A DNA stretch of 63,204 nucleotides, counting the filler, from Hyphochytrium catenoides (Eukaryota; Protista; Hyphochytriomycota), in NCBI GenBank assembly GCA_900088475.1. It is 6 parts of 6 records of this genome, joined end to end, with 100 filler letters (N's around TTAATTAATTAA, not from the genome) between each part and the next. Parts side by side here need not be neighbours in the genome. Positions count along the whole stretch, not along the records: positions 61,490 to 63,204 come from FLMG01002600.1; 5 more parts are not named here. One strand, given 5' to 3'. The notes beneath the pieces are model-generated. The model saw nothing but the letters and a program-made list of their open reading frames with translations. It searched no databases and was not told the origin of the DNA. Below are positions 61,880-63,204 of the stretch, piece after piece. A program made the translations under genes and the position numbers. The stretch's first letter is position 1; every line of letters begins with the position of its first letter.

Positions 61880-62040
61880 CACTGGAAGATCTACTATGGC
61901 TAGAGACACCATATTGTTGTGCTATGGACTGTCTACACGAACTACACGGATTACAAGCCAGGCAAGAGTCGCGTTTGAATAAAAGCTGGAAGACAGATCG
62001 ACGTCCATGGATGAGGGCACATAGAAATTGCAGTGTCACA
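61880..62040 (+). mobile_element. Ty1/Copia protease-region relic
   Basis: WKIYYG*RHHIVVLWTVYTNYTDYKPGKSRV*IKAGRQIDVHG*GHIEIAV aligns by eye to Copia WI.DSGAS.HM......F..Y......V..A.G....V.G.G.V; three in-frame stops. Confidence 0.5.
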
Positions 62041-63204
62041 CCTTTGCCTGTCACGAGGACGAGGAGATTCGGAAATGTGGAGACGGAAAGGCTCTCGATC
62101 CTAATGTGTTAGGGCAAAATCAAAGGAAGCATCAAGAAAGTTAGGTCAGAAACAGTGAACGTGCTCCAAACAAGGTACTGAGGGCATAAAGGTGAATAAG
62201 CGCGACTTCGTGAAGTCCTGAGTGGTCGGGATGCTCGATGAAAGGTTTGGAGTAGGGAAGTTCCACAAAGTCAACATTATGCAAGGCAGTTGAGAAACAG
62301 CCAAGGAACATAGACCATTACCTCTTATGTAGCCCAACCAGCGCATCGAGAAGTATACCGAAGTCTTCATCAGGTGTCCAGCTGGTTGAACTGTCGACGA
62401 GCGTTGCCAAGCAGGTCAGTCTCAGCAACGGGGCGGAGGATCAATGCTAAAGCGTGATACGCGCATCCTACATAGAGCGCCAGATATAGCAGCACAAAGA
62501 CTCCTGACGGCAAACAGGTTCAAAATCTCGGGTAGGAACAAAAGGCAAGGGATGAACAAAAGCACATAACAAAATCTCGGGTAGTGAATGAGACCAGGAA
62601 CTCTACGAAGACATAGACAAAGCCACGAAGGAGTTATGTGCTTTAGTGCGAAAGACCGACCTGACAATAATGGCTGGCCTATCATCTCGCAAAGCGATCT
62701 CACCACTAACCGAGAAATTGAGAATGAAATTCAGGACAGAAGAGCAAGAGTTTGGGGTAAGATAGATAAGCATTCATGCTTAGCATGCCACCAAGGTAAG
62801 CACGACAGAGAGATAAAATTACGAAGAGCAGGGTAAGTAGAGCTGTAGCCAGCGTATTGCACACGATGAAAAGACATGGAGAGGAAGCTATAATAGTGCT
62901 CCCTGGTGTTTAGAGAGTGAGAGTAGAATTTTTGAAGTAGCGTAGCTGAACTTACCTCTTCCGTTGCAGAGTGACTAGGGTCTGCTCAGCAGCGTCATTG
63001 CAGCCTTCAAGCGTACCTGGAAACTGAAGAGAATAGACTGTCATTACCTCGCCATTCTGTTTGATTCAGTTCGGCCAGCGGCCTCGCGGCCACGCGTAGC
63101 TGGCCTATTTAACCTACTTTTAAATAGGAGTGCTATTGTGGAGAGTATTGCTCTCTTGAAGCTGGCTGTTGTCCGGTACCCCTCCACTGTCTACCTCGTC
63201 TAAG

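Overview
Eukaryotic (protist-like) nuclear DNA, standard genetic code, gene-dense, with spliceosomal introns (mostly GT-AG) and heavy (GA)n/(CT)n microsatellite content. Five artificial 100-bp spacers (N44-TTAATTAATTAA-N44) join contigs, so adjacency across them is unproven. Most short ORFs in the track are microsatellite artefacts, so I spliced gene models by hand. Genes in order: PPR protein with an Smr-like C-terminus (5' partial), ILRUN/C6orf106-like, neurochondrin-like, YKT6, UvrD/Srs2-like helicase, presequence+WW+AIM24 protein, DUF6818-like, TPR protein with hydrophobic tail, unknown 3' gene part, CLASP/TOG exons, PX-like ORF, SNF7/VPS32, PrpF/Mii-family isomerase, ALKBH1, ankyrin-like repeat protein, p62/NBR1-like receptor, SDR and LicD/MNN4-like protein. 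Degraded hAT, MULE and Copia relics are also present. The most notable observations are: an intron-bearing, probably mitochondrial Mii-like isomerase (HGT candidate); a WW-AIM24 fusion behind a presequence; introns with 5' (GA)n and 3' (CT)n arms that could base-pair; microsatellites invading conserved coding sequence; and a GC-AG intron. Family calls come from motif recognition and recall; no database searches were run.
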